Positions 32,107-41,475 are shown, numbered from the stretch's first letter. The stretch: DNA of 64,000 nt from an uncultured Verrucomicrobiae bacterium (GCA_963806855.1 CAWDYW010000003.1:640001-704000), one strand, 5' to 3'. Notes: generated by a model from the letters alone, not told the origin. Program-made: numbers and translations.

Positions 32107-32910
32107 ATGGCAAAAAGTAAAAAAACTGTTTCCAAGAAGCAAGGCGTTGCTTCCGCAGACTATGCCAAGTTTGTGACCCAGCTTAAGAAAAAGATACGGT
32201 CCGCTCAATTCAAAGCCAGTTTAGCTGTGAATCGAGAACTTATTCGCTTGTATTGGGATATAGGCAAGGAAATTGTCGAAAGACAAGAAAAAGACGGTTG
32301 GGGTTCTAGTGTAATAGATAGAATAGCAAAGGATATTCAGAATGAATTCGCAGGCATCGAAGGGTTCTCTAGGACGAATATGGGTAGGATGAGAGCATTT
32401 TACCTGGCCTATTCAATTTCCCCACAAGCTGTGGGTAAATTAGAAGAACTGCCCATTTTCAATATCCCATGGGGACATAACATAGCTATATTTGAAGGGG
32501 TTAAGTTCTTGGATGAGCGCCTTTGGTATGCTAATATGGTCATTCAAGAAGGCTGGTCCCGCAATGCATTGATGGATTCTATTAAAATAAAAACTTATCA
32601 ACGACACGGCAAAGCGATTACCAATTTCCACGACAGATTGCCTAACCCATATTCACAACTAGCTCATGATACTCTAAAAGACCCTTATAACTTTGATTTT
32701 CTCGAGTTGGCTAGAGAGCATATTGAAAAGGATCTAGAAGATGGGTTGCTCAAGCATGTTGAGAAGTTTTTATGTGCATTAGGACAGGGATTTTCCTTTG
32801 TCGGAAGGCAGGTGAATTTAGTAGCATGCTTCACTCATTTCGCGCTTGATGGATGTCGGAATGGCAGATGCCGCAGAAGAGGATTTTCACTTTTAGAAAG
32901 CCGTTTATAA
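32107..32910 (+). pseudogene. DUF1016/YhcG protein truncated before the PD-(D/E)XK nuclease core
   Basis: VNRELIRLYWDIG, GWG, GFSRTN, IPWGHN, WSRNAL, KDPYNFDFL, LGQGFSFVGRQ, then unrelated sequence. Confidence 0.85.
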
Positions 32911-33525
32911 ATCGAACCAATACACAGTATTGAAACTGCGAATCATTGCTAATTCTTCCCAAGAGATTCGGTTTTCACTAACATAGAACCACAATTCATC
33001 GGTAATAGGCATTGCTAGATAAAAGTTACAACCTGGTTGAACTGTTAGCAACCATTCATTAGAAAGCCAGATTTGGCAATAGTCACTGGTCCCTAAACAT
33101 TTCCCATTTTCCGAATAAATCTTACCGTTACTGTTTCCATCCCATGCTTTTTTGCCATTGCTGTGATAGACAGCGTCATATTTTGATCCGCCCCATGCTT
33201 TTTTGCCATTGCTGTGATAGAAAGCGCTATATTTCCCGCCCCATGCTTTTTGGCCATTGCTGTGATAGATATCGCTATATTGCCCGCCCCAAGCTTTTTT
33301 GCCATTACTGTGATAGACAGCGCTATATTTCGATCCGTCCCATGCTTTTTCGCCATTGCTGTGATAGATGGCGCTAGACTCGTATCCAACCCCTGCATAG
33401 ATGGCGGGAGACTTACATCCATCCCATGATAGTTGACCATTGCTGTGATAATATGCTTTCGAGATTAACAAGGAGGGGAGTAAAATAGCATTGAGTATAA
33501 AGAGCAAGAACATCTTTTTTCGCAT
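32905..33525 (-). CDS. Exported protein with six YHSNGxxxWxG repeats (MORN-variant-like)
   Basis: AAGGAG RBS, signal peptide, 16-17 aa repeats encoded at about 33140-33450. Confidence 0.75.
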   Translation of the reverse strand: MRKKMFLLFILNAILLPSLLISKAYYHSNGQLSWDGCKSPAIYAGVGYESSAIYHSNGEKAWDGSKYSAVYHSNGKKAWGGQYSDIYHSNGQKAWGGKYSAFYHSNGKKAWGGSKYDAVYHSNGKKAWDGNSNGKIYSENGKCLGTSDYCQIWLSNEWLLTVQPGCNFYLAMPITDELWFYVSENRISWEELAMIRSFNTVYWFDL

Positions 33526-33669
33526 GAATGAAAACTCCTTCAACATTTTGACAGAAATAGTAGAATTGTATTCGATTTTTTTTTTATCAGTCAAGGGTTT
33601 TAGATGAACAATCTATAGCTCAGTTCTACGCTCAAGAGCAATGCCTCGCAGTCCCCTGGCAAACTCTTG

Positions 33670-33757
33670 GGTTGGCCAAGGACTCGAGATTCGACTCTCT
33701 CCACCTCCAAATAAAAGGGCAATCCGAAGATTGCCTTTTTATTTGGAGGTGGAGAGA
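33670..33757. repeat. Fold-back unit: inverted tmRNA 3'-end copy, terminator, then direct tmRNA 3'-end fragment
   Basis: gttggccaaggactcgagattcgactctctccacctccaaat-aaaagggcaatccgaagattgccttttt-atttggaggtggagaga; near-identical to 36359-36449. Confidence 0.9.
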
Positions 33758-33884
33758 TGCTATTGCAGAACTTTTCGGTGGGAAAAATTTAATCTATCAG
33801 CTTGCATTTTTGCAAAAAAAATTTGCAGTGAAACAAAATCTAAAAACAGATATCATCTGCTATTTCTTAATGGTTTAATGTAGA

Positions 33885-34610
33885 ATGAATAAGCGCTTTA
33901 AAGTGATATGTGTTTTGCTTGGTTTAAGTATATTGCCAGCAAAAATTATTGCTGCGGATAGAGGGTTCTCAGAACTTAGACCACAACCAGGCAAACTTAT
34001 TATTCTTAATGGAGGCTCAAGTGCAGGTAAGACGAGCCTTGCAAAGGCATTTCAATCAATTTCTGATGAAACTTTTCTGTTAATGGGTATCGACCTGTTT
34101 TGGTTTACGCTTCCGCCCAAGCAAACAGATTTACAAAAAGTGGAACCGGAATATTATTCTTGGGCAATCGAGGAGTCTGATGGAAAGCCAGTGTTCCATA
34201 TCTTACCAGGGCCTATTTTAGATCAACTAATGATCGGTAGATATCAGGCGATCGCAGCATATTTGCAGTTGGGTTTTAATGTGATTGCCGATGATGTAAT
34301 ATGGAAGCGTTTGTGGCTGGAAGAATGCTTGAAAGCGATTGAACCTTATCAAACTTTTTTCATTCATGTGTATTGTAGCGATGAGGAAGGATCACGGCGT
34401 GAACAGTTGAGGGGAGATCGATATCCTGGCTGGCATCGTGGTTCTGCTTACTACTCGAATTCCGATGCAATTTATGATTTGGAGATAGACACGTCAATAG
34501 ATTGCCCCGAGACATGTGCAGCCAAGTTGAAAGCAGCATTAAAAGATGGTCTGAAGCCCACGGCCGTCATAAAAATGCACAAGCTTATGAGACCTGCTTT
34601 ATCGGGATAA
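33885..34610 (+). CDS. Chloramphenicol phosphotransferase (CPT)-family P-loop kinase with signal peptide
   Basis: IILNGGSSAGKTS, GID, NVIADDV, RREQLRGDR, YDLEIDTS. Confidence 0.85.
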   Translation: MNKRFKVICVLLGLSILPAKIIAADRGFSELRPQPGKLIILNGGSSAGKTSLAKAFQSISDETFLLMGIDLFWFTLPPKQTDLQKVEPEYYSWAIEESDGKPVFHILPGPILDQLMIGRYQAIAAYLQLGFNVIADDVIWKRLWLEECLKAIEPYQTFFIHVYCSDEEGSRREQLRGDRYPGWHRGSAYYSNSDAIYDLEIDTSIDCPETCAAKLKAALKDGLKPTAVIKMHKLMRPALSG

Positions 34611-34759
34611 ATTCTGGAGATGGGTAATCTCCAACCTAAAGGACAATTTCTATAGATAAAAACAGACAAAAACAAGGCGTTGTTGTTCTGAATTACGCAA
34701 TTTTTACGCATTTCAAAAGAGATTACACCCGCTCATCTATTGTCAAAATGTTTGATATC

Positions 34760-35509
34760 TTAGACATTCATTGAAAGAGCTATGGAATGTCCCCCATCCA
34801 CCGTCAATATTTGTCCTGTTATCCAGGAAGATTCTTCTGTTGCAAGAAAAAGCGCAGCAGAAGCTTGATCACTGGGAAGTCCTGCTCGGCCAAGAGGAAT
34901 ATCTTTAAGAGCTGGATCAGTCTCGAAGCTTGCTTCATAAGGAGTATACCCTGGAGCAATAGCATTCACCCTAATTCGATGCTGTGCTAGCTCTAAAGCC
35001 ATGGTTTGCGTCAGCATGTTTAATGCAGCTTTACCCGATGCATGAGCAACTCGATTCAGCACCGGCCGTGTTCCGGAGATTGAAGAAATATTGATAATAT
35101 TTCCTCCCGTTTGCTTTTGTACCATTCCTTTTGCTACTAACTGGGAAAGGAAAAATGGCGTCATTAAAGTGACCTGCAACAATTGTTCAAAATCTTGAGG
35201 CTTTAAATCGAAAAAACCTAAAGTATTATAACCACCTGCATTGTTAACCAAGATATCTACCTGTCCTAAAATGTTTATGCTCTCTTGGTAAAATTGCTCT
35301 ATACCATTACATGTGGAAAAATCTGCATGCACAGCTTTGACAATCCCATTTACTTGCCGAATGGAGTGAGCTGTCTCTTCGGCTCCCTTTTTATCAGATC
35401 GGTAACTAATTACTAATTCAGCCCCCTCTTTAGCAAAGAGCAGAGCAATCCCTTTTCCAATACTGCGATTAGCTCCAGTCACAATGACTTTTTTTCCTTT
35501 TAATTTCAT
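34760..35509 (-). CDS. Short-chain dehydrogenase/reductase
   Basis: TGANRSIG, NNAG, RVNAIAPG, TGQILTVDGG; catalytic YxxxK reads HASGK. Confidence 0.88.
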   Translation of the reverse strand: MKLKGKKVIVTGANRSIGKGIALLFAKEGAELVISYRSDKKGAEETAHSIRQVNGIVKAVHADFSTCNGIEQFYQESINILGQVDILVNNAGGYNTLGFFDLKPQDFEQLLQVTLMTPFFLSQLVAKGMVQKQTGGNIINISSISGTRPVLNRVAHASGKAALNMLTQTMALELAQHRIRVNAIAPGYTPYEASFETDPALKDIPLGRAGLPSDQASAALFLATEESSWITGQILTVDGGHSIALSMNV

Positions 35510-35522
35510 GTTCGATCCTTAT

Positions 35523-36154
35523 TTAGGGCAAAGATTTGTCTTCTAGTTCTTGCTCATCGTGCTTATCTCTTAGGGTTAAAAAATCAAAGCAGTAGGGGTC
35601 TTTTAATGTTTGATGAGCTAAATCAGATTGCGGAGAGGGAAGGGTTATTTGAAAATTAGTGATGGCCTTTCCTTCTCGTTTATGAAGGCCGCTATCTAGC
35701 CAGTGCAATAAGACGTTTCGACTCCATCCATGTTCAATCGTTTTATGGGCATACCAGAGTCTGTCTTGGAGAGTTTCAAGCTTTTGAAGGAGAAGGATGT
35801 TATGACCCCATGGAATTTGGCCAACAACCTGTTGGCTAATTGCAAATTCTGGATATTCCTTTGCGAATTGAACCATATATTTGATATTTGTTAGAGAGAA
35901 TCCCTTCATCTCTGGAAAGGTGGATTTTAGGTCTTTGGCTAGATTTTCGATGGTCTTAGCGCCCCAGCCTTCATCCTTTTGTTTGAGATGAATTTTAGCA
36001 GCCTATTTCCCAATAAAGATTGAATGAGTTCGTGGTTTACGGCTAAAGCAGCTTTTACCTGAGAGGTTAAGATTTTTTCTTTAATCTCTTTGAAGAATGC
36101 TTTGTATTCTTTGAGGACTGTAGCTTGAACTTTTTCGATTGTATTAGATGACAT
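35523..36154 (-). pseudogene. Second DUF1016/YhcG protein, truncated and frameshifted
   Basis: AALAVNHEL, GFSLTN, IPWGHN, GWSRNVL, KDPYCFDFL; ends at ELEDK just before the SDR start. Confidence 0.85.
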
Positions 36155-36321
36155 TTTGTTCTCTTTGTGTATACCGATTTTTGAATCAATTTCGGTGTAA
36201 GTCGAGGAGTGTAGCATGGAAATTCAAAAAATTAAATAGTTTTTACTGCATTTTCATCCTAGTACTTAAGTATTACCGAAAACAAAAGACTTCAGTCGTG
36301 AAACTGAAGCCTTAATTTTGA

Positions 36322-36400
36322 TTGGAGGTGGAGAGGTCGGACTCTCGTCCACTCTCGGGTTGGCCAAGGACTCGAGATTCGACTCTCTCCACCTCCAAAT
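36322..36400. repeat. Back-to-back tmRNA 3'-end copies: degenerate direct copy (36322-36355) and inverted copy (36359-36400)
   Basis: ttggaggtggagaggtcggactctcgtcc followed by gttggccaaggactcgagattcgactctctccacctccaaat. Confidence 0.85.
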
Positions 36401-36432
36401 AAAAAAAAGGGCAATCCGAAGATTGCCCTTTT
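36401..36432 (-). terminator. Intrinsic terminator of ssrA
   Basis: GGGCAATC-TTCG-GATTGCCC stem followed by a T8 tail on the minus strand. Confidence 0.85.
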
Positions 36433-36435
36433 ATT

Positions 36436-36818
36436 TGGAGGTGGAGAGAGTCGAACTCTCGTCCTTGGCCAACTCTGCATCAATGACTACACGCTTATCG
36501 TCTTCTATTTCGCAGTCGCTTCTGTTGGAAGACGCCCCACTTGGAAGCAACCCGCTCTTTGGTATCTCGAATCTCTTTTTCAAAAAGCTGAAAGAAAAGG
36601 ATCCACACCAGGATTATTGACAGTGATTCTAACGTGCCTGGTGCACATTAGGTCACCGAGGTGCTTAAACTATTAGGATTAAGCAGCCATTAATTCAGCA
36701 TCGCTGAATTCAGCAGTTTCATTGCCGTTTATCGTTTTGACAGTTTTTTTGAGAGGCCAACTGCCATCCTCTGCGTGCCACCAATGTTTCATTGCCTAGT
36801 CGAAACCGTTACACCCCC
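36436..36818 (-). ncRNA. ssrA: tmRNA; tag peptide (A)GNETAEFSDAELMAA*
   Basis: 5' GGGGGTGTAACGGTTTCGAC; acceptor stem GGGGGUG/CACCUCC with G3-U; T-arm GAGAG-TTCGACT-CTCTC; tag ORF 36726..36679 after ATAAAC; CCA not encoded. Confidence 0.95.
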
Positions 36819-36824
36819 ATAATC

Positions 36825-36853
36825 ATAATAACAAATTTTTCATTTTTTGTCCA
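36825..36853 (-). promoter_or_regulatory. Putative sigma66/sigma70-type promoter of ssrA
   Basis: TGGACA-17 nt-TATTAT just upstream of the mature 5' end. Confidence 0.5.
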
Positions 36854-36966
36854 GCGCAGACGTTATTTTTTAAGTCGCTCTAAATCAGGTTGTTAAATTA
36901 GAGCCTTCTCTAAAAAAGACGCTTACCCTATAATCTTGCATTCTATATTACAAGAAGTTAGGTTCT

Positions 36967-37740
36967 ATGGCAAGCGCTGTTCATGCAATTGGGTTCTCTA
37001 CCTTCGTCGACCAATTCAGGGATACTCTCGATGAGTATTTACCTAAGTCGTCCAGCGGCTCTATGGTCGCCCTCCATTCCTCTGCCCTGATTCATACGGC
37101 TTATAATGTGCTCCGAAATGCTCACTACTCCTTTAAGGCTAAGGATTTTGGAGTCAATGATCTCTCTCACTTCCTCGCGTCGAGGGTTTCGTTTTTAGAA
37201 GGAGCTTTGATCTCGGCGGCCTCTACAGTGCACAATTTATTTTTCGCCCTAATTTATACAGTGGCAGCTATGGCAACTTTTGGTGTGGCTCAAAGCCTGG
37301 TGCGCGATTGCTATCATCATTGGATCAACTGTTACTATAGTTTCCTCACGACCACCTCGGGGCTCGCTAGTGTCATCACACCGCAATATGGATCCTATTT
37401 GAGTCTTGGGGTCTTTGTTCATGTGTTGAATTCCATTCTAAACGATTATAAGGATGACATCGGCAATAGAGAATCTGAACTTGTTGGACGAGTGAAAAAG
37501 ATTTTCAAGCAGTACTTTGATACAATCAATAACTGGGCTCGAAGCTATTATGACAACTATGAACCTGAAGTGAAGGATTCATTAGAGTGGTTGTTAGAAC
37601 AGGTTACTGAGGCCGAGGCAATCTTCTATAATCCAGATCAACCTGATGATATTTATCTTTTTGGGATTATTGATAAATTTTGGAAAAAGTTTCCTAAATT
37701 AAAGCCACTTTCAAAACATACTGATATCATCGAAGTCTAG
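36967..37740 (+). CDS. Hypothetical membrane-associated protein
   Basis: 257-codon ORF with hydrophobic segments, ending 5 nt before ileS. Confidence 0.7.
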   Translation: MASAVHAIGFSTFVDQFRDTLDEYLPKSSSGSMVALHSSALIHTAYNVLRNAHYSFKAKDFGVNDLSHFLASRVSFLEGALISAASTVHNLFFALIYTVAAMATFGVAQSLVRDCYHHWINCYYSFLTTTSGLASVITPQYGSYLSLGVFVHVLNSILNDYKDDIGNRESELVGRVKKIFKQYFDTINNWARSYYDNYEPEVKDSLEWLLEQVTEAEAIFYNPDQPDDIYLFGIIDKFWKKFPKLKPLSKHTDIIEV

Positions 37741-37745
37741 GACCC

Positions 37746-40700
37746 ATGTTTAAATTTGCTCAAAAAGAGTCTTTTCCTGCACGCGAGGAGCGCATTTTAG
37801 AATTTTGGCAGGGAGAGGACATTTTTCAAAAATCGCTGGCTGCTCGCAAAGCAGGGGATTGTTTTTCTTTTTACGATGGCCCCCCATTTGCGACCGGCTT
37901 GCCCCATTATGGCCACCTGCTCGCTGGGACGATCAAGGATGTGGTTCCCCGCTATAAGACGATGCAAGGGTACTATGTGCGGCGCCGTTTTGGATGGGAT
38001 TGCCACGGCCTTCCAGTGGAAAATGAGATCGAGAAGGCCAAGGAGCTGTCGGGCGGTCCCGAGATTGAGGCGTTCGGGATCGGCAAATTCAATGAAGAGT
38101 GCCGCAGCATCGTTTTGCGCTATACCGAGGAGTGGAAAACGACGGTTAACCGGATGGGTCGCTGGGTCGATTTTAGTCAAACGTACCAGACGATGGATGC
38201 GAGCTTCATGGAATCGGTCTGGTGGGTCTTTTCGCAGCTCTATGCCAAGGGACTTGTCTATGAAGGCTTCAAGGTGATGCCGTTTTCGGCAAAATTGGGG
38301 ACGCCGCTGTCGAATTTTGAAGCCAATCTCAATTACCGCGATGTCGACGATCCTTCGCTCACAGTGATGTTTCCACTCACTTCTGATCCACAAACGGCGC
38401 TGCTCATTTGGACGACAACTCCTTGGACCCTCCCGTCCAATTTGGCGGTCGCAGTGGGTCCTGAGATCGAATATGTGAAGATCAAGGTAAAGGGACGATT
38501 TTACATCATGGCAAAGGCTCGTCTTGGGGCCTATTTCAAGAGCGCAGATGAATATGAAATCGTCGAGACGATGCTCGGCAAGAGTTTAAAGGGCAAGCAC
38601 TATGAGCCGCCGTTTGATTATTTTGCTACAAGGCGAGAGGCGCGGGCTTTCCAGGTGCTGATCGATGATTTTGTCTCGACCGAAGATGGGACGGGCATTG
38701 TCCATATGGCCCCAGCGTTTGGCGAGGTGGACTTTTTCGCTTGCGCCAAGGCCGAAATCGAGCTGGTGTGTCCGGTCGATAGCAATGGAAAATTCACCAA
38801 AGATGTGGCCGACTTTGAGGGGCTCTTTGTCAAAGATGCCGACAAAGAGATCATCAAAAAGCTCAAAGATAAGGGGCTGGTCTTCCTCCATACCCAAATC
38901 CGGCACCGCTATCCATTTTGCTGGCGCTCCGACACGCCGCTGATCTATCGGGCCGTGCGCACCTGGTTTGTCGCGGTCGAAAAGATCAAGGATCGTCTGA
39001 TCGCCAATAATGAACTGATCCATTGGGTCCCTGAGCATATCAAAGAGGGGCGCTTTGGCAAGTGGCTCGAAAATGCGCGCGATTGGGCGATCTCGCGTAA
39101 CCGATATTGGGGGACGCCGATCCCAATTTGGCGCAGTGAGGATGGGGAGATTCTCGTCATCGGCAGCATCGCCGAGCTTGAGCTACGGACTGGCAAAAAA
39201 ATTGTCGATCTCCACCGCCACTTCATCGACGATCTCTCGTTTGTTGAAAATGGGAAGAAATTCAAACGGATCCCCGAGGTGTTCGACTGTTGGTTTGAGT
39301 CGGGATCGATGCCGTATGCCCAAAACCACTACCCATTTGAAAATAAAGAGCTGACGATGCGGGAGTTTCCTGCAGACTTCATCGCCGAAGGGCTCGACCA
39401 GACGCGCGGTTGGTTCTATACGCTGACGGTCCTGGCGACTGCTCTATTTGACAAGCCCGCCTTCCAAAATGTGATCGTCAATGGGATCATCTTGGCCGAA
39501 GATGGCAACAAGATGTCGAAGCGGCTGCGCAACTATCCCGATCCGCAAAAAGTGATCGACGAATTTGGGGCCGATGCCATCCGCCTCTTTCTGCTCGGCA
39601 GCCCCGCAGTAGAGGCTGAAGATTTGCGCTTCTCCGAAAAGGGTGTGGAGCATGGAATGCGGCAAGTGCTGATCCCACTCTGGAACTCCTTTGTCTTCCT
39701 CTCCACCTACGCTAACATCTACAATTGGGAGCCTTCTCAGGCCCATCCTCCGGCCACAGATATCGACCGCTGGATCGTTTCCTGCGTCCAAAAACTGATC
39801 GAGGATGTCACCACAGCGATGGAAAGCTATGAACTCAATAAAGCGGTGACCCCCTTTGTCGGGTTCGTCGATGCGCTGACCAACTGGTACATCCGCAGGT
39901 GCCGCTCCCGCTTCTGGGCCGATGACGATTCGCCAGATAGAAGAGCAGCTTTCTCGACCCTCTACTCAGTGCTGATCACCCTCTCGAAAGTGATCGCCCC
40001 GTTCCTCCCGTTCATTTCGGAAGCGATCTACCTTCAATTGCGCCAGGAAGGCGATCCCGAGTCGGTTCATCTGTGCGATTATCCCAAAGCCGATCCCGCC
40101 TTGCGCGATAGTGAACTTGAACAAGAGATGAATGCGACTCAGATCGTCGTCAGCAATGCCCATGCGCTGCGCAAAGAATATAAACTGAAAGTGCGTCAAC
40201 CGCTCAAGATGGCCCACGTGATCGTCGTCGACGAGGCGCTGCTCAAAGCTTTAAAGCGACAGGAGCAACTGATCGCCGAAGAGCTCAATGTGCATTCGGT
40301 TTCTTTCTCTGATGATGAGTCGGCCTTTGTCAAGTTGATCTGCAAACCCAATTTTAGAGTGCTCGGCAAAAAAGTGGGCCCTAAAATGAAAGCCGCTCAA
40401 GCAGTGATCGGCGCATTTAACCATCGGCAAATGATGACCCTACAGAGTGGAGGCAATCTGTCGATCGAGGTCGAAGGGGAGACGATCGAATTGACTCCAG
40501 AAGATGTGGCAGTCGAGCGAGAGGTGCGCGAGGGGCTCGTCGCCCGCTCGGAGCAGGGGATTACGGTCGCACTCGACACCGAACTCAATGAGCAGCTGCT
40601 AATCGAGGGGATTGCCCGCGAAATCATCAATAAAATTAACACGATGCGACGCGATAGCGGCTTCTTCGTCACCGATCGGATTCAGATCACCATGCAGACG

Positions 40701-40850
40701 ACAGAGCGAGCTAAAGAGGCGTTTAAAGCCCACCGCGACCTGATCATGCACGAAGTGCTTGGAACCGAAATCCTCTTCGAGCCCTGCGAGGGGACCGAGT
40801 GGGATCTCAACGGCGAAAAGACGATCATTTCCTTGAAAACAGTCGTTTAA
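37746..40850 (+). CDS. ileS: Isoleucyl-tRNA synthetase, type 2
   Basis: DGPPFATGLPHYGH, GWDCHGLP, WTTTPWTLPSN, DQTRGWF, KMSKR. Confidence 0.97.
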   Translation: MFKFAQKESFPAREERILEFWQGEDIFQKSLAARKAGDCFSFYDGPPFATGLPHYGHLLAGTIKDVVPRYKTMQGYYVRRRFGWDCHGLPVENEIEKAKELSGGPEIEAFGIGKFNEECRSIVLRYTEEWKTTVNRMGRWVDFSQTYQTMDASFMESVWWVFSQLYAKGLVYEGFKVMPFSAKLGTPLSNFEANLNYRDVDDPSLTVMFPLTSDPQTALLIWTTTPWTLPSNLAVAVGPEIEYVKIKVKGRFYIMAKARLGAYFKSADEYEIVETMLGKSLKGKHYEPPFDYFATRREARAFQVLIDDFVSTEDGTGIVHMAPAFGEVDFFACAKAEIELVCPVDSNGKFTKDVADFEGLFVKDADKEIIKKLKDKGLVFLHTQIRHRYPFCWRSDTPLIYRAVRTWFVAVEKIKDRLIANNELIHWVPEHIKEGRFGKWLENARDWAISRNRYWGTPIPIWRSEDGEILVIGSIAELELRTGKKIVDLHRHFIDDLSFVENGKKFKRIPEVFDCWFESGSMPYAQNHYPFENKELTMREFPADFIAEGLDQTRGWFYTLTVLATALFDKPAFQNVIVNGIILAEDGNKMSKRLRNYPDPQKVIDEFGADAIRLFLLGSPAVEAEDLRFSEKGVEHGMRQVLIPLWNSFVFLSTYANIYNWEPSQAHPPATDIDRWIVSCVQKLIEDVTTAMESYELNKAVTPFVGFVDALTNWYIRRCRSRFWADDDSPDRRAAFSTLYSVLITLSKVIAPFLPFISEAIYLQLRQEGDPESVHLCDYPKADPALRDSELEQEMNATQIVVSNAHALRKEYKLKVRQPLKMAHVIVVDEALLKALKRQEQLIAEELNVHSVSFSDDESAFVKLICKPNFRVLGKKVGPKMKAAQAVIGAFNHRQMMTLQSGGNLSIEVEGETIELTPEDVAVEREVREGLVARSEQGITVALDTELNEQLLIEGIAREIINKINTMRRDSGFFVTDRIQITMQTTERAKEAFKAHRDLIMHEVLGTEILFEPCEGTEWDLNGEKTIISLKTVV

Positions 40851-41418
40851 GTAGAGAAACTTTATTGAGCTTCTTCTCCAAATAGAGAATGTTTGGATGA
40901 TGGGGCTCGAGCTCTTTGGCCGTTTTGAAATAGTGTAGCGCCTTTTCCCGATTCTTTTGAGCCAGAAAGTAGTAGCTCATCATGATCAAGAACCCCCGAA
41001 ACTCACTCGTGTGATAGACCACTTTTCCAGGGTAGAGCTCCTGCAGATTGAAACTTGGAAAAATCTCTGCCACTTTGCCTAATTTTTTCCTCCGGATGCA
41101 CTGATCGGCATAGTTGACGCGCGCGAAGAGATAGCCGGGATTATTCAAGTAGGTACTCTCGATCAGCTTTTCCGCTTCGGCGACCCGGTAGTTTTGGATG
41201 TGGGCAAAGGTGAGCATATTGATCACTTCGGGCACATTGGCATGCGTAGCGCAAAATTCTTGCACCTCTTTGTAGACAGCCCGCGGTTTGATCTGGATCT
41301 GCTGCAATAGCTCTAAATACCGCTGCAGTTCTGGAGCAGATAAACTTGAGCGTAGCGCATCGGGCATCGCCTCAAACGATACCTGGTACAAGTTGTTTTC
41401 GAAGAGAATCTGTTGCAT
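40825..41418 (-). CDS. Helical (TPR-like) hypothetical protein
   Basis: NPGYLFARVNYA and ALHYFKTAKELEPHH helical-repeat pattern. Confidence 0.65.
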   Translation of the reverse strand: MQQILFENNLYQVSFEAMPDALRSSLSAPELQRYLELLQQIQIKPRAVYKEVQEFCATHANVPEVINMLTFAHIQNYRVAEAEKLIESTYLNNPGYLFARVNYADQCIRRKKLGKVAEIFPSFNLQELYPGKVVYHTSEFRGFLIMMSYYFLAQKNREKALHYFKTAKELEPHHPNILYLEKKLNKVSLLKRLFSRK

Positions 41419-41475
41419 TCCATAAGGCTAGCACATTTTTCGTTTGTGGGAAATGGGGAGAAAAATTTAAAATTG

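Noticed and set aside
33140..33450. Regularly spaced repeats resembling a CRISPR array
   Set aside because: They are in-frame coding repeats, the intervening parts are similar to each other, and no cas genes are present.
36359..36400. Possible tRNA gene (TTCGA T-loop, CCA-like end), also at 33671
   Set aside because: Only a T-arm and 3' acceptor strand are present; no D-arm or anticodon arm. It is a tmRNA fragment.
26116..36473. Integron cassette array
   Set aside because: No intI and no attC structure; the repeats derive from ssrA and gene orientations are mixed.
37746..40850. Type-2 IleRS as an acquired mupirocin-resistance gene
   Set aside because: Type-2 IleRS is the normal housekeeping form in chlamydiae.
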